DNA of 64,000 bases, from contig CAVYEP010000014.1 in the NCBI GenBank assembly GCA_963767605.1, forward strand, positions 106,696 to 170,695, read 5' to 3'. Below the pieces are notes generated by a model, which saw only the letters and a list, made by a program, of their open reading frames with translations, searched no databases and had not been told where the DNA came from. The stretch's first letter is position 1, and the number at the start of each line of letters is the position of its first letter. Shown in pieces: positions 29,391 to 40,040 of this stretch. This DNA comes from an uncultured Acidobacteriaceae bacterium. GTDB taxonomy: Bacteria; Acidobacteriota; Terriglobia; Terriglobales; Acidobacteriaceae. Made by a program: the position numbers and the translations under genes.

Positions 29391-30977
29391 TTGCCGCCAT
29401 CATCTACTGGACCTGCCGCCGGCACCGTACGTACTTCTGACAGCCAACTTCTCTGTTGCAAGTCCATCGACAAACTGATCTCGGAATCGCAGAACCCGGA
29501 ACACCGGCTCAGTAAGACGCTGGGGCCGTGGTCGCTGACGGCGCTCGGCATCGGCGCCATTATCGGTTCGGGAATTTTCGTGCTTACGGGAACAGCGGCG
29601 GCGGGAGAATATTTCCAGGCGCCTTCCCTCCTGCACGCGCAGGCGCTTGACGTGATCGTGAATTTCCTGCGCACCGGCAGCACCGCCGGAGCGCTGATGC
29701 ATGGCCGTCCACCGGCCGGGCCTTCGATTGCAATTTCGTTTTTCCTGGTGGCGATTGCCTGCAGTTTTGCCGGATTATGCTACGCCGAGTTGGCGTCGAT
29801 GATTCCCATCGCCGGCAGCGCCTACACCTATTCGTATGCAACGCTTGGCGAGATTTTTGCCTGGATCATCGGCTGGGACCTGATTCTCGAATACGTGGTC
29901 AGTAACGTCGCGGTTGCGGTGGGCTTCGCCGGTTATACGAAAGCGCAATTCGCGGCCTTCGGTGTCCACTTGCCCGACAAATGGGCGAGCCCCGTCTGGG
30001 CCTCGGGACAGTGGACGGGCGCGTACTTCAATCTGCCCGGCTTCCTGATCGTTTTCATTCTCACGCTGTTGCTGGTACGCGGGGTGAAGGAATCGGCCGA
30101 GACTAATAACATCATGGTCGCGGTCAAGATCGGCGCGATTCTCACCTTCCTGGTGGTCGGTGGAATGTTGGTAAGGCCCGCGAACTGGACGCCCTTCGCG
30201 CCTTCGGGCTTTGCCGGAATCGTTACGGGCGGCGCAATCGTTTTCTTTACCTACATCGGATTCGATTCGGTGTCGACCGCCGCGGAGGAATCGCGCAATC
30301 CACAGAAAGACTTGCCCTTCGGCATCATCATGTCGCTGATTGTCTGCACGCTGTTGTATGTCGGCGTCGCTTTGGTGCTGCTCGGCATGATGAAGTACAC
30401 GACGTTTGTCTCCGGGGAAGCCGCCGAAGCGCCCGTCGCCTACGCGATGAAGTATCTGGGAGTGCACCCGTTCTTCCGGTCGATAATCGTGATCGGAGCG
30501 CTGACGGGGATGATCTCTTCGTTGCTGGTGTTTCAGTACGGGCAAGCGCGCATCTGGTACGCCATGTCGCGCGATGGCCTGCTGCCGAAGCTGTTCTCGG
30601 CGGTGCACCCGAAATATAAGACTCCGCATTGGTCCACGTGGATCGCCTGTTTTGCCGTGGGAATTCCCGCTGGGCTGGTGGATATCGGCGACGCTGCCGA
30701 CCTCGCCAACATTGGGACGCTGTTTGCCTTTGTGCTGGTCTCGCTGGGAGTCATTTTTCTCCGACGCAGGCAGCCCGATCGCAAGCGCGCCTTCCGCGTG
30801 CCGTTTGTGCCGTGGTTCCCGCTGATGTCCGTGATACTGTGCGGCGGACTAATGTTCGGGCTGACGTTGATTACCTGGCTGCGCTTTGTGATCTGGCTGG
30901 CACTGGGGTTGGTCATCTACATCTTCTACAGCCGGCATCACAGCGAATTTTGCAAGAAGGATCGGGCCATCGGGTGA
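29391..30977 (+). CDS. APC-superfamily amino-acid permease (cationic amino-acid transporter-like)
   Basis: 528 aa, about 12+ TM. ...KSIDKLISE...LSKTLGPWSLTALGIGAIIGSGIFVLTG... GAGGAG lies 10 nt upstream of the TTG start at 29391. Confidence 0.85.
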   Translation: MPPSSTGPAAGTVRTSDSQLLCCKSIDKLISESQNPEHRLSKTLGPWSLTALGIGAIIGSGIFVLTGTAAAGEYFQAPSLLHAQALDVIVNFLRTGSTAGALMHGRPPAGPSIAISFFLVAIACSFAGLCYAELASMIPIAGSAYTYSYATLGEIFAWIIGWDLILEYVVSNVAVAVGFAGYTKAQFAAFGVHLPDKWASPVWASGQWTGAYFNLPGFLIVFILTLLLVRGVKESAETNNIMVAVKIGAILTFLVVGGMLVRPANWTPFAPSGFAGIVTGGAIVFFTYIGFDSVSTAAEESRNPQKDLPFGIIMSLIVCTLLYVGVALVLLGMMKYTTFVSGEAAEAPVAYAMKYLGVHPFFRSIIVIGALTGMISSLLVFQYGQARIWYAMSRDGLLPKLFSAVHPKYKTPHWSTWIACFAVGIPAGLVDIGDAADLANIGTLFAFVLVSLGVIFLRRRQPDRKRAFRVPFVPWFPLMSVILCGGLMFGLTLITWLRFVIWLALGLVIYIFYSRHHSEFCKKDRAIG

Positions 30978-30997
30978 TCGGGCCATCTGGTCATCTG
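30958..30997. repeat. word-periodic repeat (ATCGGGNN octads) overlapping the permease stop
   Basis: ggatcgggccatcgggtgatcgggccatctggtcatctg. Confidence 0.75.
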
Positions 30998-31060
30998 TAG
31001 TGTTCTCATTTCTAGGAACTCATCGCATTCTCGTGTCCTAATGGATAGAATTCAATCCTT

Positions 31061-31381
31061 ATGCTGCTTCCGTTCATGGGACTTTTCATGTTTTTTATTC
31101 CGTTGGCTGGATTCTTGTCTGGAATTGTATTGTTGTGTATCAGACGCTTGCGTTTTATGGCGCCGTTCGCGTTCCTTGTGCCACTTCTGGGTTCGTATGC
31201 AGCGTTGGCGGGCCTTTGGGGCACTGGGCTGGGTTTGGAGCGCCTGGGCTTTCATGGATGGGTCGTTGGTACAATGGCATGCCTCGGCTTCGTTATTAGC
31301 GGAGGTCTGGGTTGTGCTGCAGGTCTCGCCGGCGGCTTTGCTCTGACTCTTGCCGGTCGCCGACTGAAGCACCGACACTAA
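31061..31381 (+). CDS. small hydrophobic membrane protein (function unknown)
   Basis: 106 aa with 3-4 predicted TM segments. Locally low GC. Flanked by ATCGGGNN-word repeats. Confidence 0.45.
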   Translation: MLLPFMGLFMFFIPLAGFLSGIVLLCIRRLRFMAPFAFLVPLLGSYAALAGLWGTGLGLERLGFHGWVVGTMACLGFVISGGLGCAAGLAGGFALTLAGRRLKHRH

Positions 31382-31412
31382 GCACAATCTGCATCCTCAA
31401 ATTAGGAAACTA

Positions 31413-31495
31413 CCGGGCCATCATGTCATCGGATGATCGGGCCATCTGTTTCTGATTTTGAACTTAGATCACCCGATGGTCGGATGACCCGATTG
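31413..31495. repeat. word-periodic imperfect hairpin (ATCGGGNN words)
   Basis: Left arm ccgggccatcatgtcatcggatgatcgggccatctg. Right arm agatcacccgatggtcggatgacccgattg. Shares gatcgggccatctg with 30958..30997. Confidence 0.75.
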
Positions 31496-31510
31496 CTTTA
31501 GAATCGCCAC

Positions 31511-32521
31511 ATGTCTTCGGAGCCTTCCAGCTTCGTCCTCTCGCTACCCAAGGCCGAACTCCATCTGCATCTCGAAGGCTCGATCGAACCATCCACGCTG
31601 CTGGAACTGCGGCAGCGTCATGGGATGGAAGGAGCCTCGCTCGCCGAAGTCGAGCAACTCTACAATTACAAGGACTTCGCGGGCTTCCTCGTGGCCTTCA
31701 AGGATGTGACCGGACACTTGCGCACTCCGGAAGACTACGAACTGATCACTTACCGGCTGATGGAGCGGCTGAAAGCGCAGAACGTTCTGCATGTGGAGGT
31801 GATTGTTTCGGCCGGCGTCTGCCTCTGGCGCAAGCAGGATTTCGCGGCGATTTTCGAGGGCCTCGAACGCGGCCGCGCGCGCGGCGAGAAAGACTTCGGC
31901 CTATCGCTCGGGTGGATCTTCGATGCCATCCGGCAGTTTGGGGCTGAGAAAGCGCAGCGCGTGCTCGATCTCGCCATCCAGTTTCGTGAGCGCAACGTAG
32001 TCGCTTTCGGCATTGGCGGCGACGAGCGTGCTGGACCGCCGGAGTGGTTCACTTCGGTGTACGCGCGCGCTGCGGAGCACGGCCTTCATCTTACGGCCCA
32101 CGCCGGTGAAAGCGCCGGGCCGGAATCCATCTGGGGCGCGCTGAACCTCAAGGCGGAGCGCATTGGCCACGGCCTTACCGCCGGGCAGGATCCGGAATTG
32201 ATCGAAGAGCTGGCCGAAAGCCAGGTTCCAATTGAAATCTGCGTGACCAGCAATCTGCGGACGGGCTGCTGCGCCGAGCTGGCGCAACATCCGGTGCGGC
32301 GGTACTTCGATCAGGGACTGATGCTGACCCTCAACAGCGACGATCCTGCCATGTTTCGTACGTCGCTGGCCGCGGAGTACGGTCTGGTGCAGGAGACGTT
32401 CGGCTTTACCGACGAACACCTGCGAGAATTGGCGCGCAATTCGTTTGAGGCGTCGTTCCTGCCGCCAGACAAGAAAGTGGAATTTCTCAACCTGTTTGAC
32501 GCCGCTGCCCCGCGGCTGTAA
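31511..32521 (+). CDS. add: adenosine deaminase
   Basis: 336 aa. LPKAELHLHLEGSI, ...HAGE..., ...RIGHG..., ...TLNSDDPAMF. Confidence 0.9.
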   Translation: MSSEPSSFVLSLPKAELHLHLEGSIEPSTLLELRQRHGMEGASLAEVEQLYNYKDFAGFLVAFKDVTGHLRTPEDYELITYRLMERLKAQNVLHVEVIVSAGVCLWRKQDFAAIFEGLERGRARGEKDFGLSLGWIFDAIRQFGAEKAQRVLDLAIQFRERNVVAFGIGGDERAGPPEWFTSVYARAAEHGLHLTAHAGESAGPESIWGALNLKAERIGHGLTAGQDPELIEELAESQVPIEICVTSNLRTGCCAELAQHPVRRYFDQGLMLTLNSDDPAMFRTSLAAEYGLVQETFGFTDEHLRELARNSFEASFLPPDKKVEFLNLFDAAAPRL

Positions 32522-32598
32522 ATCCGGCCTCGCATCACACAACCCTGTGGCAGTCGTCACGCTTTAAATATTTTGGCGCTCGCCTATAATGGCTCCCT

Positions 32599-34149
32599 AT
32601 GAAACTCGAAGAGAAGATTGCCGAACTGAAAAAACGAGACCAGATGGCCCAGGAAGGCGGCGGCGCGCAGCGGCGTGAGCGCCAGCACAAAGAGGGCAAG
32701 ATGTCGGCCCGCGAGCGCGTCGAGTTTCTGCTCGACGAGGGCACCTTCGAGGAAACCGATAAGCTGGTCACGCATCGCTGCCACGACTTCGGCATGGAAA
32801 AGCAGAAGTTCTACGGCGACGGTTTTATCACCGGTTACGGCCGCGTGGAAGGGCGGCTGGTCTTCGTTTTTGCGCAGGATTTCACGGTGTTTGGCGGGTC
32901 GCTCTCCGAGGCCAACGCCGGAAAAATCGTTAAGGTCATGGATCTGGCGGCCAAGATGGGCGCTCCGGTCATTGGACTGAACGATTCGGGGGGCGCGCGC
33001 ATTCAGGAAGGCGTGATGTCGCTGGCCGGCTACGCCGACATTTTTTTGCGCAACACGCTTTATAGCGGAGTCGTGCCGCAGATCTCGGCCATCATGGGCC
33101 CATGCGCGGGCGGCGCCGTGTATTCGCCGGCCATTACCGATTTCATCTTGATGGTCGATCAGACCTCCTACATGTTTATTACTGGACCCGATGTGATCAA
33201 GACGGTCACCCACGAAGAGGTCACCAAAGACCAGCTTGGCGGAGCGCGCACCCACAACGAAACTTCGGGCGTAGCGCACTTCATGTGCCGCGATGACGCC
33301 GAATGTCTGTCGATGGTTCGCGAGTTGTTGAGTTTTGTTCCCTCGAATAATCTGGAAGACCCGCCGCGCAAGGCCTGCACCGACCCGATTGATCGTCTGG
33401 ACGAGAAGCTGGACACGGTGATCCCCGATCAATCGAACGTGCCCTATGACATGAAAGACGTGATTCACACGGTGGTGGATGACTGCTACTTTTTTGAAGT
33501 TCACGAGCACTATGCCAAGAACATCGTCGTGGGCTTTGCGCGCTTCAATGGGAAGCCGGTCGGGATCGTGGCTAACCAGCCGGCAATGCTAGCCGGCACG
33601 CTCGATATCAATGCGTCGGTGAAGGGCGCGCGCTTCGTGCGCTTCTGTGACTGCTTCAATATTCCGCTGGTGACGTTTGAAGATGTTCCCGGCTTCCTGC
33701 CCGGCACGAACCAGGAGTATGGCGGCATCATCAAACATGGAGCGAAGTTGCTGTTTGCGTTTGCGGAAGCGACGGTGCCGAAAGTGACGGTGATTACGCG
33801 CAAAGCCTACGGCGGAGCGTATTGCGTGATGGCGTCCAAGCACATCCGGGCGGACGTGAACTACGCCTGGCCAAGCGCCGAAATCGCGGTGATGGGGCCG
33901 GAAGGCGCGGTGGATATCGTCTACAAGCGCGAACTGGACGGGGCGGAAAATCGCGAAGCGGTTCGGCAACAGAAGATCGAAGAATTCCGCGACCGGCTGG
34001 CGAATCCTTACGTGGCCGCTGACCGCGGATTTGTGGATGCGGTCATCCAGCCGCGCGAGACTCGCAAGAAGGTGATTCAGGCGCTGGAGATGCTCGAGAC
34101 CAAGCGGGATAAGAACCCGCCTAAGAAGCACGGAAATATACCTCTGTAA
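32599..34149 (+). CDS. acyl-CoA carboxylase carboxyltransferase subunit (propionyl-CoA carboxylase beta / methylmalonyl-CoA carboxyltransferase type)
   Basis: 516 aa. ...[20 protein letters not shown]...[18 protein letters not shown]...[13 protein letters not shown]...[12 protein letters not shown]...[10 protein letters not shown]. Confidence 0.9.
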   Translation: MKLEEKIAELKKRDQMAQEGGGAQRRERQHKEGKMSARERVEFLLDEGTFEETDKLVTHRCHDFGMEKQKFYGDGFITGYGRVEGRLVFVFAQDFTVFGGSLSEANAGKIVKVMDLAAKMGAPVIGLNDSGGARIQEGVMSLAGYADIFLRNTLYSGVVPQISAIMGPCAGGAVYSPAITDFILMVDQTSYMFITGPDVIKTVTHEEVTKDQLGGARTHNETSGVAHFMCRDDAECLSMVRELLSFVPSNNLEDPPRKACTDPIDRLDEKLDTVIPDQSNVPYDMKDVIHTVVDDCYFFEVHEHYAKNIVVGFARFNGKPVGIVANQPAMLAGTLDINASVKGARFVRFCDCFNIPLVTFEDVPGFLPGTNQEYGGIIKHGAKLLFAFAEATVPKVTVITRKAYGGAYCVMASKHIRADVNYAWPSAEIAVMGPEGAVDIVYKRELDGAENREAVRQQKIEEFRDRLANPYVAADRGFVDAVIQPRETRKKVIQALEMLETKRDKNPPKKHGNIPL

Positions 34150-34175
34150 GGGCGCTCGCTGGTACGGAGATTGAT

Positions 34176-34724
34176 ATGCAAAAACGAACGATGATCCTCT
34201 TCGGATTCATCCTGCTCGGAGCTTGTCTAATGGTTTCAGTTGCCGCCAACGAGAAACCGCGGGCATTTTTTTTTGGCGGTGAGGAAGTCCATATTGGCAT
34301 GTCTCAGCAACAGGCGGTTGCTGCGCTCTCCCGCTGCTGCAAACTTTCCCCGCCCATGGAATCTGGGGTCGAGAAACGACCTGCCCCGGAGGGCCGGATG
34401 TTGGGCCACATGATCCTTCCCAACGAAGAATCGCCACAACGCATTCTCGGGGCAATATATTTCTCCGGCGAAAAGGTTGCGCGTGTCACGCGTCCGCTCG
34501 CCGAAGAGGTCGACGCATATAACGACGACGTAGTGGGTTTCGCAAGGGCCATCAAGCGTTTCCTTGCTGCTGAAGGTGATACTGAGACCACTGCCACTGT
34601 TGCTGTGCACCATGAGCGGATAAGCAACGCAGAGTCCGACGTTGTACTAATAACTTTGAAGGATGGTCGAGGGATTGAAATACACATTGGAACGCTTGAT
34701 AAGCCGAAATGGGCCCACCGATAA
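34176..34724 (+). CDS. hypothetical secreted protein
   Basis: GGAGA 5 nt upstream of ATG 34176. N-terminal signal-like MQKRTMILFGFILLGACLMVSVAA. No recognisable domain. Lower-GC island. Confidence 0.55.
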   Translation: MQKRTMILFGFILLGACLMVSVAANEKPRAFFFGGEEVHIGMSQQQAVAALSRCCKLSPPMESGVEKRPAPEGRMLGHMILPNEESPQRILGAIYFSGEKVARVTRPLAEEVDAYNDDVVGFARAIKRFLAAEGDTETTATVAVHHERISNAESDVVLITLKDGRGIEIHIGTLDKPKWAHR

Positions 34725-34780
34725 GAGAGACTTCGTAACCCTCGACGGGACTCTAGAACGCTAAGCTCGCACCGGCAACT

Positions 34781-35597
34781 CTACCGGAGATTCCCCGATT
34801 GCCGGGCCTGCTGCCTAGCGAAGCACTCGGGGCAATAACAAATCCGTTTGTCGTCTTTGTCGAACTCCCTGTGCGGCCCCGACTGACCCTTGTGTTCAGG
34901 GCCGAAGCATTTCCAGCACTGCTGGTCAGGATCTCGAGTCCCACCTCATTCGTACGCCGCAGTGGCTGCACGGGCGATCCATCATCATCGTAGTCATAGA
35001 CGCTGGGCTCCTCCGCAAGATGACGGCAGCTAGCCTCAGCTACCGCGTGGCCAGGGGATTCCAATTGCAATACGTAACTGTCGCCGTGCTGGCTCCGTTC
35101 CCTAGAGTCGGCAGGTGGGTGCCAAGTTCAGGGGGAACGGGGAACCGCTGCAAAAATGCCTGGATCGCCGGTTGCAGTTCTTTGAACATCTCGCGGTAGT
35201 TCCAGAACTTGCCTCCGTCAAATCTGCGTTCCGTGCAGTGCTGAAGATACCGAGAGATGTCTTGGAAATACTTGTCATCGACCTTCTTTGCCGGGGTTTG
35301 GATCTCAGCCAGTTCTTCCGGGCTTAACTCCCGCCCAGCCCATGGTTTCGGATCGAATGTGCTCAGATCGCTAGTCTCGCCCGTTCTTTTGGCTGTTCGG
35401 TGATGGGCACCACTCAAGAATTCCATCGTGTTCCTGTAGTGGAGTAGAAAACATTCAAGGAACGCGTTGAAATGTGCACGTTGGCGCGCAGCTGAGAGTC
35501 CGTCCAGCTCTTTGCCGCAGAAGTTTAGCATTGAGAGTTCATAGTGGATCGTATCGAGATGGGACTCCTTTTCAGTTCTGGAGTAGGCGTCATGCAT
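34781..35597 (-). pseudogene. hypothetical protein with C-terminal CxxC...CxxC zinc ribbon, reconstructed across three frames
   Basis: ORF 35040..35597 (185 aa) joins the middle of ORF 34753..35070 (...AEEPSVYDYDDDGSPVQPLRRTNEVGLE). That in turn joins a start-less 54-codon frame, ...DPDQQCWKCFGPEHKGQSGPHREFDKDDKRICYCPECFARQQ..., ending at TAG 34781..34783. Joins near 35110 and 34940. Confidence 0.45.
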
Positions 35598-35944
35598 ACT
35601 GCCTCCATAGCCCCGATTTGTTTCAATCGTGGGCTAAACTTCAGCATACTTCAACGGGCTGATAGATGGCTCTCAACTTCCCCATCCAATTGACCGACGC
35701 GACCTGGAACCCCGTCCGCGACCGCGTCAAGGATCAACCCGAGTCGCTGAGGACACTTTTGTCAAGCTTGACTTTTCAATCGGGATGAAATGGGGTCCGA
35801 TCGGACGCCCATGGACTAAGTCCTTATTCCAGAATACGTCGATATAAAAACCTGGTCAGGGTACACGCCAGAACGCTCCAGCGAAGAAAAATATTTTCAG
35901 GGGGTAGTTGGAAGCAAGCGGCTGAGACTTGACAGCAAAAAATA

Positions 35945-36111
35945 AGAGTCCCGAGGTGATGTTGAACTCATTCCTCTCGGCCAGTAGCTCGCGTTTAGAC
36001 CCTTGCTGACCTTATTCCTACAACTCCCTTGCGGGTGCATTGTAAGCCGATCTTGCTCGGGCTCCGGGCTCACCGCCAACCGGATAAATTAGTTCAACGC
36101 CTCGGGACTCT
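35945..36111. repeat. 167-bp element bounded by ~20-bp terminal inverted repeats (MITE-like or structured RNA)
   Basis: Left end 35945..35968: agagtcccgagg tgat gttgaact. Right end 36091..36111: agttcaac g cctcgggactct. The interior is repeated degenerately 165 bp downstream (35996..36083 versus 36161..36241; both start tagacccttgct and end caccaaccgg-like). Confidence 0.6.
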
Positions 36112-37578
36112 ATCTTGCCTTTAACAGTGGCTCCTGTTCTCCTCAACCAGCGCTTAGCTATAGACCCTTGCTCGCCCTCCCAAACTCACCTCGCGGTGGT
36201 CTGAGTGACTACGCTTGAGCCCCGGACGCCGCACCAACCGGGAAAACTTCAGAACGTGTCAAAGAACGATTATGCTTTTAGCACTTTCAGTTTTTACGTC
36301 AACACAATTCATGCATCTCTAACTTCTTATTCATCAATCGAGTGCAGCCCGTTCACAGGCGGGTGACACGGAAGTTGTGCAACAGGCGGCGGGCGGCTGC
36401 GAAATCGCCAGCATCCATGCGGTATTTCGCGGTTTCGCCTCGGAAAACTCCTGCTTTTGTCGTACGGGCATAAAGACTCCGGCTGTGCAAATCGACGGTT
36501 CAAGCGCGTGAATCCTAATCGCTCCGCAGCCCTCGCGGCTGAGGCCGCCATTGATTTTGCGGCACTTGCGGCGCGGCTGAAGCCGCAGCCCTGCGAAACA
36601 AAGTCAAACCCCGACGAGTTACACTAGGCTCCGATGGGCCTTCCGGTTTCACGGCTGCGCCAGTGGTTCGCCTTGGGCGCGATTTTGATGATTGCCACGG
36701 TTGCGGGGATGTATTTCTACGCGCGCTGGCGTGTGCGCACGGCTGTGCACGAGGTTCCGGCGAAAATCGGTTTGGACATTCAGCAAACTGCCGAGGGGTT
36801 TTCGATCTCCAAGTCCGTGGAAGGCCGCACTTTGTTTACGGTGAGTGCCTCCAAGGCGGTGCAGTTCAAAGGGGGCGGACATGCGGAGTTGCACAACGTC
36901 AAAATTGTCGTTTACGGAAAGGATTCCAGCCGTTTCGACCGCATTACTGGAGACGACTTCGAGTACGATCCCGCGTCGGGCGATGTGAGCGCCAAGGGAA
37001 CGGTGCTGATTGACCTGGAGGCGAATCCCGAGGGGATGCGGCATTCGGACCAGACACCTCCGGAGCAAACGAGCAACCCGATTCATCTGGAAACCAACGG
37101 ACTGGTATTCAACAAGAATACGGGGGACGCTTCCGCCACTGGGAAAGTGGTGTTTCAGACGCCGCAGGCTTCGGGTTCGGCGATGGGCATTGAATATGTG
37201 GCAAAGACGGAGCTCGCTGAAGCTCGTGTCGGCGGTGGAGGTGAAGGTCAGCAGGCCGCAGGCGGTCCGTCTGAGTGCGGATCATGGCCAGATTTCGAAA
37301 GCGCCCCGGCAGATCGCGCTCGCGGGGGTGCGCCTGACGCGCGAGGGGCAGCGACTACAGTCCGACCAGGCGACGTTTTTCTTGCGCGATGACAATACGG
37401 TGGACCGCATTCTTGCCGAGGGCAATGTGCGGAGCGAGTTTCACGGGCAGGCATCCTCCAACTCGAAAACGTCCAACTCGGAAGCGCAGGCGCGGTCGGA
37501 CCGCGCCGAATTGTTCTTGGCCGGAGCTCGGAATCAGCTGACCACGGCGGTTCTCAGCGGGAACGTGCAACTGGCTGC

Positions 37579-37605
37579 GGGAGACGCGGCAAGCCGCGTC
37601 TCTAC
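37579..37605. repeat. REP-like palindrome embedded in frame in the LptC/A-like gene
   Basis: gg gagacgcgg caag ccgcgtctc tac, encoding ..AGDAASRVSTG.. The core is identical to the intergenic copy at 14507..14528. Confidence 0.85.
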
Positions 37606-38543
37606 TGGAGGGCAGAATCAGGGAGAAAAGGGAGGTTTGGGAACGCAGATCGCCGAGGCTTCCGCTGGACGGGTGACACTGCGCTTTGCCGGGCAGCAGA
37701 TTCTCCGAACCGTTCATGCGGAAGACGGCGTGCGGCTGGCGCAGATGAAGGGGGAGCCGGTGGGACGGGCGGGGACGCCCGTCGCTCCACTATCTAAATC
37801 TGACGATGCGCAGGAAGTTGAGATGACCGCGCCGGTGATGGACTTCATTGTGAAAGACGGGCGCCGACTGGAGCGCGCCGAGACCAGCGGACCGCCACAG
37901 ATCGTGATCACGCAGCCGGGCACGAATCAGAAGACGGTGGTCACGGCGGCCAAGTTCACGGCGAAGTTCACGGAGAAGAATCGGCTGGCCACGCTGCATG
38001 GCGAGCCGGAGGCGAAGATTGTGAGCAGCAAGATTGGCAGCAGTCAGGTCGACGAGAATAAGATCGGCGGCGCGCCGGGACAAGATCGAGTATCGACCAG
38101 CCAGATGCTGGACGTCATCTTCCGGCCTGAAGGCGGGGTTCGGTCGATTACGCAGACGGGCCGTGTCGCTTACGTCGATCGGCCGCAGAAGGCCTGGGCC
38201 GAGCGCGGAGAGTACACGACCGCCGATCAGATGCTGGTGCTGAGCGGATCGCCTCGGGTGGTGGACAACGGCATGACGACGACGGCCCAGACGATTCGCA
38301 TGAACCGCGCGACGGGCGACGCCATTGCCGAGGGCAACGTCAAGAGCACGTACTCCGATCTGAAAGCGCAACCGGAGGGCGGCATGCTCGCCTCCTCCGA
38401 CCCGATCCACGTGGCCAGCCGCAGCATGACGGCCCATCGTTCGCCGGCGATTGCGGTGTACACGGGCGACGCGCGCTTGTGGCAGAACGCGAATGTGGTG
38501 GAGGCTCCCACGCTGCAATTTGATCGCGACCACCGATCATTGC

Positions 38544-38599
38544 TTGCGCAGGGGTTGGCGCAGGAGAACTTGGCGCAGGGAAGTTTGGCGCAGCCAGTT
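38544..38599. repeat. in-frame tandem repeat (about 4 units, 12-15 bp) in the LptC/A-like gene
   Basis: ttgcgcagggg / ttggcgcaggagaac / ttggcgcagggaagt / ttggcgcagccagtt, encoding LAQG LAQEN LAQGS LAQPV. Confidence 0.85.
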
Positions 38600-39076
38600 T
38601 CGACCGTGCTCGTGCAGGTGGACAAGAGCGGGAAGGCGACCCCGGTCCGCATCACATCGGCGCGTCTGAACTACGCGGATGCGGAGCGGAAGATTGTCTT
38701 GGATGGTGGAGTGACGGCGAAAGGGTCCGACGCTACGCTGACTGGACAGCAGATGACGGTGTTTCTGTTGCCCCAGAGCGCAAACGCGCCAATCGCCGGC
38801 AACTGCGGGACCCGGAACGCCGGGCAAGTGGAGCGGATCGTGGCCGAGGACAAGGTGGTGATTACGCAGCCGACGCGGCATGCGACCGGCGAACGGTTGG
38901 TGTACACGGCAGCCGAGGACAAGTTCGTCCTGACGGGCGGACCCCCTAGCATTTTTGATGCCGAACGGGGCAAAATTACTGGCGATTCGTTGACTTTCTA
39001 CAGACACGATGATAGGGTGCTCGTAGAAGGAAGAGAGACCTCCCCTACCGTCACTAAGACTCAAGTGGCACGATAA

Positions 39077-39805
39077 ATGCACACGCTAGCCACCGACGAA
39101 ATTGGGAAATCCTATCGTGGCCGACGCGTAGTAAACGGTGTCAGCCTTCAGGTCCTGCAGGGCGAGGTCGTGGGCCTTCTGGGACCGAATGGCGCCGGAA
39201 AAACCACCACATTCTATGCCATCGTAGGTCTGGTTCCTCCCGATACCGGCAGGGTGTTGTACGACGACGAAGATATCACCAGCGTTCCCATGTACTTACG
39301 GGCGCGCCAGTACGGCATCAGCTATCTCCCTCAGGAGGCTTCGGTTTTTCGCAAACTGACGGTCGAGGAGAACATCCTGGCCGTGCTGGAAGTCCAGCCG
39401 ATTTCCTGGCATGAACGCCGGGAAAAGGCGGAGAAGCTGATTGACCAGCTCGGGCTGGAGCATATACGGCAGAATCGTGGGTATGCGTTGTCGGGCGGGG
39501 AGCGGCGGCGGGTGGAGATCGCGCGGTCGCTCTGCATCAACCCCACGTTCATTCTGCTGGACGAGCCGTTCTCGGGTATTGACCCGATTGCCGTTTTGGA
39601 TTTGCAGAAGATCATTTCAGATTTGCGGGCCAGCGGGATCGGGATCCTGATCACGGACCACAACGTCCGCGAGACGTTGTCGGTGACGGATCGGGCCTAC
39701 ATCATCAACGAGGGCCGAATTTTTCGCTCCGGTACGCCGGAGGAGTTGGGGAGTGACCCGGAGGTACGGCGCGTTTATTTGGGGGAAAGCTTCTCATTGG
39801 TGTGA
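39077..39805 (+). CDS. lptB: LPS export ABC transporter ATP-binding protein LptB
   Basis: 242 aa. [49 protein letters not shown]. Classical position upstream of rpoN. Confidence 0.92.
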   Translation: MHTLATDEIGKSYRGRRVVNGVSLQVLQGEVVGLLGPNGAGKTTTFYAIVGLVPPDTGRVLYDDEDITSVPMYLRARQYGISYLPQEASVFRKLTVEENILAVLEVQPISWHERREKAEKLIDQLGLEHIRQNRGYALSGGERRRVEIARSLCINPTFILLDEPFSGIDPIAVLDLQKIISDLRASGIGILITDHNVRETLSVTDRAYIINEGRIFRSGTPEELGSDPEVRRVYLGESFSLV

Positions 39806-39811
39806 GGAAAA

Positions 39812-39870
39812 CCGTTGTCAGTTATCAGTTATCAGTAAAACCCGCACTGAGAACTGACAACTGAAAACAA
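39812..39870. repeat. word-periodic hairpin (GTTATCA heptads) just after lptB
   Basis: Left arm ccgttgtcagttatcagttatcagt. Right arm actgagaactgacaactgaaaacaagg. Confidence 0.8.
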
Positions 39871-40040
39871 GGTTTCCGGTTACCAAGGCGTAGTCGCATT
39901 GACCTTTCGTGTCGACGCGATCTACCTCGGTGCATGAGAAGCTAAGTTTTCCACACTCGGAAGTGCAGAAGCGTAAGGTGCGCCGGGTGGGTGAAGAACG
40001 ATAGGCATTAGACTGCCAGTTCCCCCTGACTCTAACAGGG

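Larger units (their letters stand above)
36634..39076 (+). pseudogene. large LptC/LptA(OstA)-like periplasmic LPS-transport protein, frame broken once
   Basis: N-terminal TM anchor (LGAILMIATVAGMYFY). Repeated OstA-like segments (..AEGNVRSEF.., ..AEGNVKSTY.., ..LTGGPPSIFDAERGKITGDSLTFY..). Stop TAA 39074..39076 abuts the lptB ATG at 39077. Join near 37212. Confidence 0.7.

Noticed and set aside
34753-35070. 105-aa ORF as an independent gene.
   Set aside because: Only its middle part reads like protein. It is better explained as the central fragment of the broken Zn-ribbon gene 34781..35597.
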